Of a DNA stretch of 64,000 bases, positions 48,262-60,200 are shown in pieces. Positions within the stretch are counted from its first letter, which is position 1. Each line of letters starts with the position of its first letter. Source of the stretch: Terriglobia bacterium (lineage in GTDB: Bacteria; Acidobacteriota; Polarisedimenticolia; Polarisedimenticolales; JAIQFR01); assembly GCA_963748015.1 (NCBI GenBank), contig CAVVHE010000008.1, forward strand, positions 288,001 through 352,000, read 5' to 3'. A program made the translations under genes and the position numbers. Below the pieces are notes generated by a model. The model saw only the letters and a program-made list of their open reading frames with translations, made no database searches and was not told the origin of the DNA.

Positions 48262-49953
48262 ATGGCGCGCGTGGAGCCGAAGGCCGAGAGTCCGAGAAGA
48301 ACAGACCCGCGCGGCGCAAGCGTCGGCGCCACCACCTGGCTCCTGGTCGCGGTCCTCGCGATCATGGGACTCCGGCTCGCCATGCTCGGCTGGCCGGCGA
48401 TCACCGATCCCACCGAGAGCCGGCACGCGGTCATCGGGCTGCGGATGGCCGAGAGCGGCGACTGGGTGACCCCTCGCGCCGTCTTCGGCGGCCGCCTGAT
48501 GCCTTTCTGGGGGAAGCCGCCGCTCCAGTTCTGGCTGACGGCCGCGTCGTTCCGCCTGTTCGGCGTCTCCGAGTGGACCGCTCGCCTCCCCGCATACCTC
48601 GCCGCGGTGGCCATGCTGTTCATCACGTTCGCCTTCGCGCGGCGCTTCTGGGGGCGCGAGGCGGCGGCGGCCTCGACCGTCGTCCTCGCCGGCTCGCTCC
48701 TCTTCTTCGGGCTCGCCGGCTCGGTCACGCTGGACGTCGCGCTCTCCGCCTCGTCCGCCGCGGCGATGGCCGCGTTCGCGTGCTTCGCGGCGGCGCAGGA
48801 CGCGCGCGCCCGGCGCGGGTGGGGGATCGCGTTCGCGGCCGCTCTCGCCCTCGGCATGCTGATCAAGGGGCCGATCGCGGTCGTCTTCGCCGTGCTGTCG
48901 GTCGTCGTGTGGGCCGTGATACACCGCCGGTGGAGCCTGCTCGCCGCCTACCCCTGGTTCTCGGGCCTGGCGGTGTTCTTCGCGGCCTCCGCGCCCTGGT
49001 ACCTGCTCGCGGAGCGGGCGACCCCGGGGTTCCTGCGGTACTTCTTCGTCAACGAGCACATCCTGCGCTACGTCTCGCACGAGTATGGCGACCTCTACGG
49101 CAGCGGTCACACGAGGGCGTACGGATCCGTCTGGCTCATGCTGCTGGCGGCGGCCCTGCCGTGGACGGTCGTGCTCGTGAGGGCGGCGGCCGCGAGATTC
49201 GGCCGGTGGCGCGGGGAAGCGGCCGATCCCTGGCTCGACTACGTCCTGATCTGGGCCCTCGTGCCGCCGCTGTTCTTTACCTTCGCCAGACAGCTGCTGG
49301 CCACCTACCTGCTGCCGGGGTTCCCCGGCCTCGCGGTGCTGGCGGGGGTGGCGCTGGCTTCGGGTCTCGACGAGCGCTCCCGGCCGCGGTTCTCCGTCCT
49401 CCTTCGCTCGCAGCTCGTCCTCTCGGCACTCGCTTCCGGCGCCCTCGCCGTCTGGGCCTTCCGGCGGGACGCCCCGTGGCCGGCCGTCGTGGCCGTCGCG
49501 CTCGCCGTGGCCCTGCTGGCGTCGGCCCTCGGGTGGCCGTCACGCCGCGTCCCCGCGCTCGTGTGCATGCAGGCGTTGGGAGCGGCCGCGCTCGTGTTCC
49601 TCGCCGTGGCGGCCGTACGCGCCGACCTCGACGACGGCACGTCGACCAAGACCATCCTGGCGGCGGTGGCGCGGGACCGGCGTCTCGAAGGGAAACCGGT
49701 CGTGTTCCCGCGCGGCGACGAGCAATCGGGGGAGTTCTACGCGCACGTCTACCTGGGACGCGAGATCGAGCACCTGTCCCGCACCGGCGACCCCGCGGTG
49801 CTCGCGGAGCGGCTACGCGCGGCCCGATCGAACGACCTTCTGCTGCTGGAGCGACAAAGCTGGCAGCGGCTGGACGCCGAGCTCAGGAGCCGGACCGAGC
49901 TGGTCGCCGAGACGCCCCACTGGGTGGCGCTGGTGCCGCGCGTCGCCCCGTAG
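48262..49953 (+). CDS. ArnT/PMT-family (GT39/GT83) glycosyltransferase
   Basis: DPTESRH...M.ESGDWVTP; KPPLQFW; EWTARLP; IKGP; multiple TM segments. Confidence 0.88.
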   Translation: MARVEPKAESPRRTDPRGASVGATTWLLVAVLAIMGLRLAMLGWPAITDPTESRHAVIGLRMAESGDWVTPRAVFGGRLMPFWGKPPLQFWLTAASFRLFGVSEWTARLPAYLAAVAMLFITFAFARRFWGREAAAASTVVLAGSLLFFGLAGSVTLDVALSASSAAAMAAFACFAAAQDARARRGWGIAFAAALALGMLIKGPIAVVFAVLSVVVWAVIHRRWSLLAAYPWFSGLAVFFAASAPWYLLAERATPGFLRYFFVNEHILRYVSHEYGDLYGSGHTRAYGSVWLMLLAAALPWTVVLVRAAAARFGRWRGEAADPWLDYVLIWALVPPLFFTFARQLLATYLLPGFPGLAVLAGVALASGLDERSRPRFSVLLRSQLVLSALASGALAVWAFRRDAPWPAVVAVALAVALLASALGWPSRRVPALVCMQALGAAALVFLAVAAVRADLDDGTSTKTILAAVARDRRLEGKPVVFPRGDEQSGEFYAHVYLGREIEHLSRTGDPAVLAERLRAARSNDLLLLERQSWQRLDAELRSRTELVAETPHWVALVPRVAP

Positions 49954-50012
49954 GAGCCGTTACGCGCGCGCGCCGGTCGGGCCTCCGCGCCGGACGAAGG
50001 TGGCCCCGGGCG

Positions 50013-50540
50013 TTACGCCGATTGGCGCGGAGTCCCGCCCTTTTCCCCTCGAACTGTAACGCCGGTGATGTCTGACCCCAGCATCGCTTCGGGCATTTGC
50101 ACGGCCACGATTCGGCCTCGCGCGCAGAGCTCGCCGTTTGCGTGGAGCGTCGCCGCGACGATCACCTTGCGTCCCTTGAGCTCCTCGACCCGCCCGCGCA
50201 CTTCGAGCGGGACGCCGAGCGGCGTCGGCCGCAGGTAGTCCACCTGCAGCGAGGCCGTCACGAACCGGAGAGCGGGGAGCGTGTCCATCGCGCGCCCCTC
50301 GGCGCGGTACGCGGCCGCCGCGGCGGTGCCCGTGCCGTGGCAGTCGATCAGCGACGCGATCAGACCGCCGTAGACGTAGCCGGGGATCGCCGTGTGGCAG
50401 CTCCGCGGCTCGAAGACGCACACAGTCTCGTCGCCTTCCCAGCGGCTCTTGATCTGCAGCCCGTCCTGATTGAGGCGGCCGCAGCCGTAGCAGTGGCTCA
50501 CGTCGTCCGGGTAGTAGTCCTGGAATGCCTTCTCGCTCAC
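50013..50540 (-). CDS. PaaI-family hotdog thioesterase
   Basis: CYGCG; YGGLIASLIDCH; VDYLRPTP. Confidence 0.88.
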   Translation of the reverse strand: MSEKAFQDYYPDDVSHCYGCGRLNQDGLQIKSRWEGDETVCVFEPRSCHTAIPGYVYGGLIASLIDCHGTGTAAAAAYRAEGRAMDTLPALRFVTASLQVDYLRPTPLGVPLEVRGRVEELKGRKVIVAATLHANGELCARGRIVAVQMPEAMLGSDITGVTVRGEKGGTPRQSA

Positions 50541-50763
50541 GCCGTCACCTCGGTTCCGCCGGTGGGGCCGTCCACCGCCCGTCAGGGACAGTGAGACCGC
50601 CGGCGTGTCCGGGACATCTTGACAGAAGTCGTGGATCGCGCGAGCGGTGGAGGGATCTCGCCCGGCGAGAGAGCGCTCGAGGCGGGGAGACGACGCAGGG
50701 CCGGGGCTCGATGACAGTGCCGCGAGTGGGGCATCGAGTCCCGGCCGTCCACGCCGTTCTAGG

Positions 50764-51177
50764 TCACAGGTAGGGAGCGATGCTCATGAGCGGCCGGCTG
50801 ATCCGATCCCGGTCTCGTGTCGGGTTCTGGAGTCGCTGGCGGTCCCGGTCGTGGGCGCGATCGCAGTCGATGCCAGCGCAGGTCGGAACGTAGTCCGGAT
50901 CCTCGCCGTTGCAAATGCCGTCGTTGTCGGCGTCCGGGCAGTCCGGGTTGCAGTAGAGCCCCGGGTCGGGATCCACGTTGTCGCAGACTCCGTCGCAGTC
51001 GCCGTCCGGGCAGACGGGGTTGCAATAACAGCCCGGCACGTAGTCCGGGTCCTGGCCGTTGCAGATTCCGTCGTGGTCGGCATCGGGGCAGTCGGGGTTC
51101 GGCCCACCTGCCCACGCGAGCGTTCCCAGGCCCACGGCGAGCAGGAACGCCATCAGGATCACTCTCGACGTCTTCAT
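50764..51177 (-). CDS. Small secreted Cys/Asp-rich repeat protein
   Basis: Signal MKTSRVILMAFLLAVGLGTLAWA; three NPxCPDxDxDGxC repeats; RDRxRL tail. Confidence 0.7.
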   Translation of the reverse strand: MKTSRVILMAFLLAVGLGTLAWAGGPNPDCPDADHDGICNGQDPDYVPGCYCNPVCPDGDCDGVCDNVDPDPGLYCNPDCPDADNDGICNGEDPDYVPTCAGIDCDRAHDRDRQRLQNPTRDRDRISRPLMSIAPYL

Positions 51178-51243
51178 CTCGTCCTCCCTTGCGCGATCGG
51201 CCCGTTTCTCGTGGCAGCCACCGCGGCCACCGGGAATTCCCCC

Positions 51244-51259
51244 TTCAATTCCGGTGCCA
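51244..51259 (-). promoter_or_regulatory. Sigma54-like promoter (TTGA variant)
   Basis: Minus strand TGGCACcggaaTTGAa. Confidence 0.5.
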
Positions 51260-51343
51260 GGACAAGAGCGGCGATCACGGTCTTCGGAATCGCTGGGATT
51301 CCGGACGGAAACGCCTGACCCGAACGGAAGCGCAGGAGGGCGA

Positions 51344-51389
51344 CCGGCAGGTTTCGTCGGATTGCGAACCGATCCGGCGGGTTTCGTCG
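51344..51389. promoter_or_regulatory. Candidate enhancer-binding-protein UAS (tandem 16-mers)
   Basis: ccggcaggtttcgtcg and ccggcgggtttcgtcg 30 bp apart; reverse complement cgacgaaacctgccgg at 53677-53692. Confidence 0.55.
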
Positions 51390-51505
51390 CCGTGCAGCGG
51401 CCTCGGATCTTCGGGGCTGAGCGAGGAAGGCGATGCCCTCGCGGATCGCGCGCCGGCAGCAGGTCGTCGGACGGGCCTCCGGGAGAATCGGCGAGGGGAG
51501 GAACT

Positions 51506-51961
51506 CTACCTGCCGCCGCGGTGACGCGGACCGCCCTGCTGCCCGCCGGAACCCGCGCCCCGCCCCGCCTCGCCTCGAGCTTGCGATTCGTTCCAGATCG
51601 CCTCGCCGTGGAGACAACGCAGTCGAAGGGTGCGCCCCGTTCCGCGGTTCCTGACCTGCTGGGCCCCGAACGGCGTCTCGTCGGAGAAGACGCGCACCTG
51701 GAGCGAGTCGCCCACGGCGACACGGAAGCTCTCCGCGTCGAGAAGGGTCGAAGGCGCGATGCGTATCCGGACCGGACCTGCGTTACCGGCGGGAAGAAGA
51801 TCGACGTCGGTCCACCTCGTTCCCGCGGTGTCCTGGGCTTGCTCGACCGCCGCGACCTTGCCCTGCACCGTCAAGAGAGCGCGATCTCGATCCGTCTGCG
51901 CACCTGCGCTCTGCAGGACGGCGAGCGATAGCGTCACCAGGAGAATCCGGTCCCATCTCAT
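51506..51961 (-). CDS. Secreted OB-fold-like hypothetical protein
   Basis: Signal peptide; GKVAAV...IAPSTLL...VGDSLQV; paralog-like to 53004..53507. Confidence 0.65.
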   Translation of the reverse strand: MRWDRILLVTLSLAVLQSAGAQTDRDRALLTVQGKVAAVEQAQDTAGTRWTDVDLLPAGNAGPVRIRIAPSTLLDAESFRVAVGDSLQVRVFSDETPFGAQQVRNRGTGRTLRLRCLHGEAIWNESQARGEAGRGAGSGGQQGGPRHRGGR

Positions 51962-51965
51962 CGCA

Positions 51966-52862
51966 TCAATACCGAAGGCTCACGGCGAGCCCGAAATCCG
52001 GCGCGCTGTCGGTCAGACCCATGGAGACCTCGACGTTCCAACCCAGCGCCTTTCCCATCCGCCCGTATCCCTCGGCGATCGCTCGCACCCGCGTGGGGTC
52101 TCCCGCGAAGCCCGCGTCCACGGCCTCGAGGGCCGCCTTGAGGCCGCCTCGTCCCCTCGGCCAATCGACCGCCACTTCAGCCGCCGGCCCGTCCTCGAGC
52201 TCGACACCGGGAGGATCGCCGAGCGATACCCACTCGAGATAGGCCTCCACGTCCACGTTCCAACCCTCGCGCCGCCAGCCGGCCCCTCCCCAGAAGTCCG
52301 CCTCGCCGGTCCCGAGGCCTTGATCCTCGTCGGCGGTGGGTAGCTTAACCCCGGCACGCGCGGAAAAGCGACCGAACGGGGCGTCCTGGCCGAGCGATCG
52401 CGAGACGCGAAGTCGCGCGTCGCCGAGCCCGCTTCGGCTGTCGTCGAGCCCGTAGCCGGGTCCGCCGGGCCCGGCGAAATACGACGCCCCGGACGCCGCC
52501 GTCGCGGCAGGGCCACCCGCGCCCCGAGCTCCCCCCGTGGCTGCGGGCGTGCCATAGCGCAACCGGTTCCCGGTGAACGAAGGGCCGAGGATCAGCATGC
52601 CCGGCGGCCCGGACGCGCTCAGTGCCGGAACGGCGGCGTTGAAAGACCATCGAGAGCCGGAGCGCGTCCACCGCAGCTCGATCCCGGAAAGATCGGCGCG
52701 CTCCTCGCCTTCCGGCTGCGACCGGTAGGCGAACGCCTCCGCTTCCAGCAGCGACCGGACCGGAGGCGCCGCTCCGGCGGCTCCCGTGGCGACGATCACC
52801 GCGAGGAAGCCCAAGAAGGGGATCCGGTGAACCGGAGCCCTTTCCCGCCGCGGAACGGCCAT
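51966..52862 (-). CDS. Putative outer-membrane beta-barrel (MetA-pathway 'transporter'-like)
   Basis: SGLGDARL; GVKLPTADEDQGLGTGEADF; C-terminal GLTDSAPDFGLAVSLRY. Start uncertain. Confidence 0.65.
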   Translation of the reverse strand: MAVPRRERAPVHRIPFLGFLAVIVATGAAGAAPPVRSLLEAEAFAYRSQPEGEERADLSGIELRWTRSGSRWSFNAAVPALSASGPPGMLILGPSFTGNRLRYGTPAATGGARGAGGPAATAASGASYFAGPGGPGYGLDDSRSGLGDARLRVSRSLGQDAPFGRFSARAGVKLPTADEDQGLGTGEADFWGGAGWRREGWNVDVEAYLEWVSLGDPPGVELEDGPAAEVAVDWPRGRGGLKAALEAVDAGFAGDPTRVRAIAEGYGRMGKALGWNVEVSMGLTDSAPDFGLAVSLRY

Positions 52863-53003
52863 TGCGATCCTCCTCACTCGTCCCAGACCACTGCACCGAG
52901 GCGCGGCGCCCGGCCGCCGAAGGGGGGGCACTCCGGCATTCCTAGCCACGGAATCTCTCCCGCAGGCCTGCCGGGCGCGCGCCTCGATTCGAAACCTCCT
53001 CCT

Positions 53004-53507
53004 CTAGCCACGGCCGCCACGGCCGCGGGCGCGATCGCAGGAGCCCGTTCCAGGCTCGTGAATCCGATCGCGACGCCGCTCGCGCGCCTGCGTGCCGCTT
53101 CCGCTTCCATCCTGCAGCCGGTCCCTGGTCTGTAGCCGGAGCCGCGTACCGTCTCCCGACCGGATCCGCTCGGTCGTGCCCGTCCGGTAGTTGCGTGCGC
53201 TGACGGCGTCCACGGCCTGCCCGTTCGCTGCGCCGCCCACGAAGCGCGCCCTGACCCGGTCGCCGACCTGCCATCGCTCCTGGGACCGATTGGCGGGGCC
53301 GAGCCTCACCCAGGTGTCCTGGCCTTCCCGCGTGCGGACCCGGATTTCGTCGAACGCGCCCTCGTTTTCGGTCCGAACCGACTGGCGTACCTCCATGATT
53401 TCGCCGGCCAGCGTCCCGCGCTCCTGGGCCGCCGTCGCGGCGCCGGCGGTCGCGGCGGAGAGGATGGTCAGGAAAACCGCGCCGAGAATCCATCTTTCCT
53501 GTTTCAT
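53004..53507 (-). CDS. Secreted OB-fold-like protein with a QTRDRLQDGSG tail
   Basis: Signal peptide; WVRLGP...QVGDRVRA. Confidence 0.65.
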   Translation of the reverse strand: MKQERWILGAVFLTILSAATAGAATAAQERGTLAGEIMEVRQSVRTENEGAFDEIRVRTREGQDTWVRLGPANRSQERWQVGDRVRARFVGGAANGQAVDAVSARNYRTGTTERIRSGDGTRLRLQTRDRLQDGSGSGTQARERRRDRIHEPGTGSCDRARGRGGRG

Positions 53508-53565
53508 GGTCTTGCTCCCGACCGACCCGAAGCCCCTCCTCATTCGTCGGTCCCACGACCCCATC

Positions 53566-53582
53566 TTGCACCGAGCGTGCCA
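53566..53582 (-). promoter_or_regulatory. Sigma54 -24/-12 promoter
   Basis: Minus strand TGGCACGctcggTGCAa (GG-N10-GC); UAS 16-mer ~100 bp upstream. Confidence 0.7.
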
Positions 53583-53738
53583 TCCGAGACCCCGCGCCCG
53601 GCCCCTTCTGGATCAACGACTTCCGGGACTCGTCGAAGCGCGATCGCCGCTTTCGTCGGAGACGCTGCCCCGAACCGACGAAACCTGCCGGATGGAAATC
53701 GGATCGGGACGCAGAGCCTTCGCCGGCCGCGATCCGGC

Positions 53739-55106
<1,368 letters not shown>

Positions 55107-55116
55107 CCAACCCTCC

Positions 55117-57165
55117 TCAGCGCGCGGACCCCGGCACGGCAGGGAGCACGATGCGTACCACCGTGCCGCCTTCTCGACGAGGTGCGACGGCCACGCTCCC
55201 TCCCATCTCGGTGACCAGGCGGTGCACGATCGGCAGCCCCAGACCGTTCCCCCCGGGTTTGGTGGAGAATCCGAATTCGAAGATCTTGTCCAGATCCGCC
55301 GGCGGGACCCCGGGGCCGTCGTCCTCGACCGCGAGGAACACCGCGTTTCCCGTCGTACCCGTGACGACCCGGACCTGGCCGCTTTCCCCGGTCGCATCCG
55401 CGGCATTGCGGACGAGGTTGTGGAGGATCTGGCGGATCGCGGCGGGGTCGAAGACGGCCTGCGGGGGAACGCCGAGCTCGACGGAAAGGCGGGGCCCGTT
55501 CGGAAGCCCCGGAGCGAGAAACGCGATGGTCTCGCGAACCGCCGCGTCGAGATCGCCCGGTTTCGGATCGAGGCGCGGGGGACGGGCCAGCTCGAGAAAG
55601 CCGCTCACGATGCCGTCGAGCCTCTCGACCTCGGCGCGCAATACCCCGGCGAGCCTTCGCTGCTCGTCCGCTCCCTCTTCCGCCAGGAACTGTTTCTGGA
55701 TGCGTTGCACGCCGACCGAGATCGTGTTCAGCGGGTTCCGCACCTCATGGGCCACCGTGGCCGCGAGGCGGCCGAAGGCGGCCAGACTCTCCGTGCGCCT
55801 GGCTTCCCGCTCGAGGCGCCTCAGCTCCGTGAGGTCGCGGAGGACCAGGGCCGTGCCGGCCGGCTCCCCGCCGTCGTCCCGGACGGGAGAAGCCGAGGCG
55901 AGGACGTCCACCAGCGCTCCGCCACCCTCCGTCACGATGGCGAACTCGCGGGTGCGCGTCTCGCCCGAAAGCAGGTCCTCGACACCTGCGCACGGGGTGT
56001 CCCGGCAGGCCTTGCCGACGAGGTCCGGGGCGGCACACCGAAACAGCCGGCACGCCGCCGGATTGACGAGCCGCAGGATGCGCTGCGTATCCACCACGAC
56101 CACTGCGTCGCCGATCCCCTCCAGGACGGCGTCGGTCAGCGAGCGGGCGCGGGCGCTCTCGCCGCGGAGAGCGGCGGCGCGGCGCCGCGCGGCCACGACC
56201 CCCGCGACCGCCACGGCGAGCGCGAACGCGACGATGGCGGCCGCCAGGGTTCGCCGGCGGCCCGAGCGTGCGGCCGCGTCCAGGGGGTCGGCGGCAAGGC
56301 CTACCTTCAGTCGCGCGGTCTGACCGCGCCGCAGCTCGACGGGGCGCTCCAGCTCGAGGGCTCTCGTCCCCGGGGCGCTCGCGCGCGGTCCCGTGCCGGC
56401 GATAGAGCGGCCCTCGGAATCCTCGAGCTCCGCGTAGAGAATGCCTCCGGTCTCGGCGACGGCGTTCATGATGTTGGACGCCCCCACCTCTTCCTGAAAG
56501 GCGAGCATTTGTCGCGCGTCCATGACGACGAGCAGGGCGCCCCCTCGGGCGCGTCGAACCGCGGCGGCATACCGCATTCCCTCGCCGAGAGGGGAGGGCC
56601 GGACGCCCAGGACGAGCTCGTCAGCCTTTCCCTCGATCAGCGGCTGCAACGCGGAGACGTAGGGGCTCGCATGTGGTCCCCCGCTCGGATCGTCGGGACA
56701 AGCCTCGCTCTCGCGATGCAGCCCACGATCCAACAGGAGGATGTGATGCAGTCCCAGCTCGACGGCGAGGTCCATGAGCGATTCCGGGGAGAGGCGGCCC
56801 GAGGCGTCGAGGCGGTCGAGGAGGTGGGCGATGTCGAGCAGGCGGGCCGAGGCCAGCTCTTCGACCTCACGCCCCGAAGACAGCGCGTTCTCCACCGCAT
56901 GAACCAGTGCCTCGACGAGAGCCCCTCCCTCGGACGCCACCAGGCTCTCCATCTCCCCGTGACGCGCTCTGTCCTCGATCTCGGTCCACGCGAGCAGGAG
57001 CACCGCGAGCCCGACGACGGCTAGCGCCGTCAGCAGAAGCGCGGCGTGCCTTCCGCGGCGCTGCGTCGGGTTCAAGGGGCCGGTCCCTCCGGGAAGTGAT
57101 TCCAGCGGCGACTCCCATGCTCCGCGCCGGGACGCTCTTCGCACTCGGGCCATGGACGCTCGCAT
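55117..57165 (-). CDS. PAS-domain sensor histidine kinase
   Basis: Two TM segments; AHEVRNPL; NLVRNA; DDGPG; FSTK; GNGLGL. Start may be ~57075. Confidence 0.92.
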   Translation of the reverse strand: MRASMARVRRASRRGAWESPLESLPGGTGPLNPTQRRGRHAALLLTALAVVGLAVLLLAWTEIEDRARHGEMESLVASEGGALVEALVHAVENALSSGREVEELASARLLDIAHLLDRLDASGRLSPESLMDLAVELGLHHILLLDRGLHRESEACPDDPSGGPHASPYVSALQPLIEGKADELVLGVRPSPLGEGMRYAAAVRRARGGALLVVMDARQMLAFQEEVGASNIMNAVAETGGILYAELEDSEGRSIAGTGPRASAPGTRALELERPVELRRGQTARLKVGLAADPLDAAARSGRRRTLAAAIVAFALAVAVAGVVAARRRAAALRGESARARSLTDAVLEGIGDAVVVVDTQRILRLVNPAACRLFRCAAPDLVGKACRDTPCAGVEDLLSGETRTREFAIVTEGGGALVDVLASASPVRDDGGEPAGTALVLRDLTELRRLEREARRTESLAAFGRLAATVAHEVRNPLNTISVGVQRIQKQFLAEEGADEQRRLAGVLRAEVERLDGIVSGFLELARPPRLDPKPGDLDAAVRETIAFLAPGLPNGPRLSVELGVPPQAVFDPAAIRQILHNLVRNAADATGESGQVRVVTGTTGNAVFLAVEDDGPGVPPADLDKIFEFGFSTKPGGNGLGLPIVHRLVTEMGGSVAVAPRREGGTVVRIVLPAVPGSAR

Positions 57166-57289
57166 TCGAGTAACGGCGGGAGGCGTCCTGGCAGGACCCG
57201 CAGGCCGATAGTCTAGCCCGGATCGCTGCCGGCCGAGCGATGCGTGAACCCGAATCCGGCCGCTCTGCGGGTGCCGGCGAGGCGAGTCG

Positions 57290-60200
57290 TCAGATCCGTC
57301 GTGACCCCGGGATCGGGATCGCGCCGGGATCGACGGTCCCGAGCTTCATCTCGAACCGCCACTTCCAGATCTCGTAAATGGGCGGATAGACGAGCAGCTC
57401 GAGGACGAAGCTCGTGACGAGCCCGCCGGCCATGGGCGCCACGACCCGCTTCATCATGTCGGCGCCGGTCCCCATGGACCACATGATCGGCATCAGTCCC
57501 ATGAAGGCCGCGGCCACGGTCATCAGCTTGGGGCGGATTCGCTTCACCGCGCCGTGGATGATCGCCTCCCGTAGGTCCTCGCGGGTCCTCATCTTTCCCG
57601 CCCGGACCGCGTCGTAGTAGGACAGGTCCAGGAACAGGAGCATGAACACGCCGGTCTCGGCGTCGAGCCCCATGAGCGCGATCATCCCGACCCAGGTCGC
57701 GATCGACACGTTGTAGCCGAGCCAGTAGACGAGCCAGACCGCGCCGATCACGGAGAACGGCACGGCGAGCATCACGATGGACGCCTTCACGGCCGACTTC
57801 GTGTTCATGTAGAGCAGGACGAAGATGAGGAAGATGGTGATCGGCACCACGATCTTGAGGCGCTCGCGGACACGGAGGATGTTCTCGTACTGGCCGCTCC
57901 ACTGGATCGTGTAGCCCGTCGGGATCTTCACCGCGCCGGCGACCGCCGCCTTGGCCTTCTCGACGTAGCCGCCGACGTCCGACCCCGAGATGTCCACGTA
58001 GACATACCCCGCGAGCATCCCGTTCTCGTCGCGGATCATCGAGGGCCCGGTCGCGAAGCGGATGTCGGCCAGCTCGGCCAGGGGGATCTGGGCCCCCGAC
58101 ATCGTGGGCACGAGCACCCGCTTCAAGCTCTCGAGGTCGTCGCGGAGCTCGCGGGCGTAACGGACGTTGACGGTGTACCTCTCCCGTCCCTCGATGGTCC
58201 GGGTGATCGCCTCCCCGCCGATCGCGGACATGATCACGTCCTGGGCTTCCTGCACGGAGAGCCCGTAACGGGCGAGCCGGTCCCGCCTGAGGTCGAAGTC
58301 GAGGAAGTACCCCCCAGCGGTGCGCTCGGCGTAGATGCTGCGCGTGCCCGGGACGTCCCGGACGGCGCTCTCGATCGAGGCGCCGATGCTCTCGATGACC
58401 GCGAGATCCGGCCCGAAGACCTTGATGCCGACGGGCGTCCGGACACCCGTGGTCAGCATGTCGATGCGGGCCTTGATCGGCATGGTCCACGCGTTCGTGA
58501 CGCCGGGGAACCTCAGCTTCTCGTCCAGCTCGCCGACGATGTCCTCCATCGAGATGCGGTCCGGCCAAACGTGGCGGAAGGGGGACTGGAGAAAAGAGGG
58601 GAGGCCGGAATAGAAGCGGCGCACCGTCCGCCACTCCGAGTGCGGCTTGAGGACGATCGTCGTCTCGATCATCGAGAACGGAGCCGGGTCGGTCGAGGTC
58701 TCCGCGCGCCCGGCCTTTCCCCACACGCTCGAGACCTCCGGCACCTCCTTGATGAGCTTGTCCATGGTCTGGAGCAGCCGGGCCGCCTCGGTCACGGAGA
58801 CGCCGGGCAGGGTGGTCGGCATGTAGAGGATCGCCCCCTCGTCGAGCGGGGGGAAGAACTCGGATCCGAGCTCGAGGTACACGGGGACCGTCGAGGCGAA
58901 CGCCAGCACGGCGAGCAGGACGATCGTCTTGGGCCAGCGAAGGACGAAGCGGCACGCCGGCTCGTACACGGCGAACAGGACACGGCTGATCGGGTGCTTC
59001 TCCTCGGGGTAGTAGGTCCCCACCACGGCCTGGTGGCCGATCCAGGCGAGCCACCTCGGGCGGAACCGCAACCTGTCCATCCGCGTGAACAGCATGCGCA
59101 TCGCGGGGTCGAGGGTGATCGCCAGGACCGCGGCGATGGCCATCGCGAGGTTCTTCGTGTACGCGAGGGGCTTGAACAGGCGCCCTTCCTGGTCCACCAG
59201 GGTGAAGATGGGCATGAACGCGACCGCGATCACGAGGAGCGAGAAGAAGACCGACGGCCCGACCTCCTTGAGGGCGTCGAGGCGCACCTTGTGGAAGTCG
59301 CCGACGCGCCCCCCCGCTTCCCAGAGCTGCAGCTTCTTGTAGGCGTTCTCCACCTCGACGATCGCGCCGTCCACGAGGACGCCGATGCTCATCGCGATCC
59401 CGGCGAGCGACATGATGTTGGACGTCACCCCCATGAAATACATGGGGACGAACGCGAGGATCACCGACACCGGAATCGTCACGATCGGGACGATGGCGGA
59501 GGGGATGTGCCAGAGGAAGACGAGGATCACGAGGCTCACGATCGCGATCTCGACGATCAGCTCCCGCTTCAGGTTGGCGATCGAGCGCTCGATCAGCTCG
59601 GAGCGGTCGTACGTGGCGACCAGCTCGACACCCTCCGGCAGCGACGGCCGCACCTCGTCGATCCGCTTCTTGACCCTCTCGATCACGTTGAGCGCGTTCT
59701 CGCCGTGCCGCATGACGACGATCCCGCCGACCGTGTCGCCGATCCCGTCGAGGTCCGCGACCCCCCGGCGGATGTCCGGCCCGAGGACCACCCGCCCGAC
59801 GTTCCGCACCAGTATCGGGGTGCCCTTGCCGTCGTCGCCGACCACGATCTGCTCGAAGTCCTCCACGGACGTCGCGTACCCCCGCCCGCGCACCATGTAC
59901 TCGGCCCCGGCGAACTCCACGACGCGGCCGCCGACGTCGTCGTTCCCTCGCCGGATCGCCTCGACGACCTTCTGGATCGGGATCCGGTAGGCCAGGAGCC
60001 TCGCGGGGTCGAGGTTGACCTGGTACTGCTTCTCGAATCCGCCGATCGACGCGACCTCTGCTACTCCCGGGACGCTCTGGAGCCAGTATCGCAGGTACCA
60101 GTCCTGGAACGACCGGAGCTGGGCCAGGTCGCGCTTCCCCGAGCGGTCCGTGAGCGCGTACTGGTAGACCCAGCCGACCCCCGTGGCGTCCGGCCCCAGC

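Noticed and set aside
51506..53507. Magnetosome (MamS/MamX-like) genes suggested by the OB-fold pattern
   Set aside because: No other mam genes and no magnetochrome motifs; the fold is widespread.
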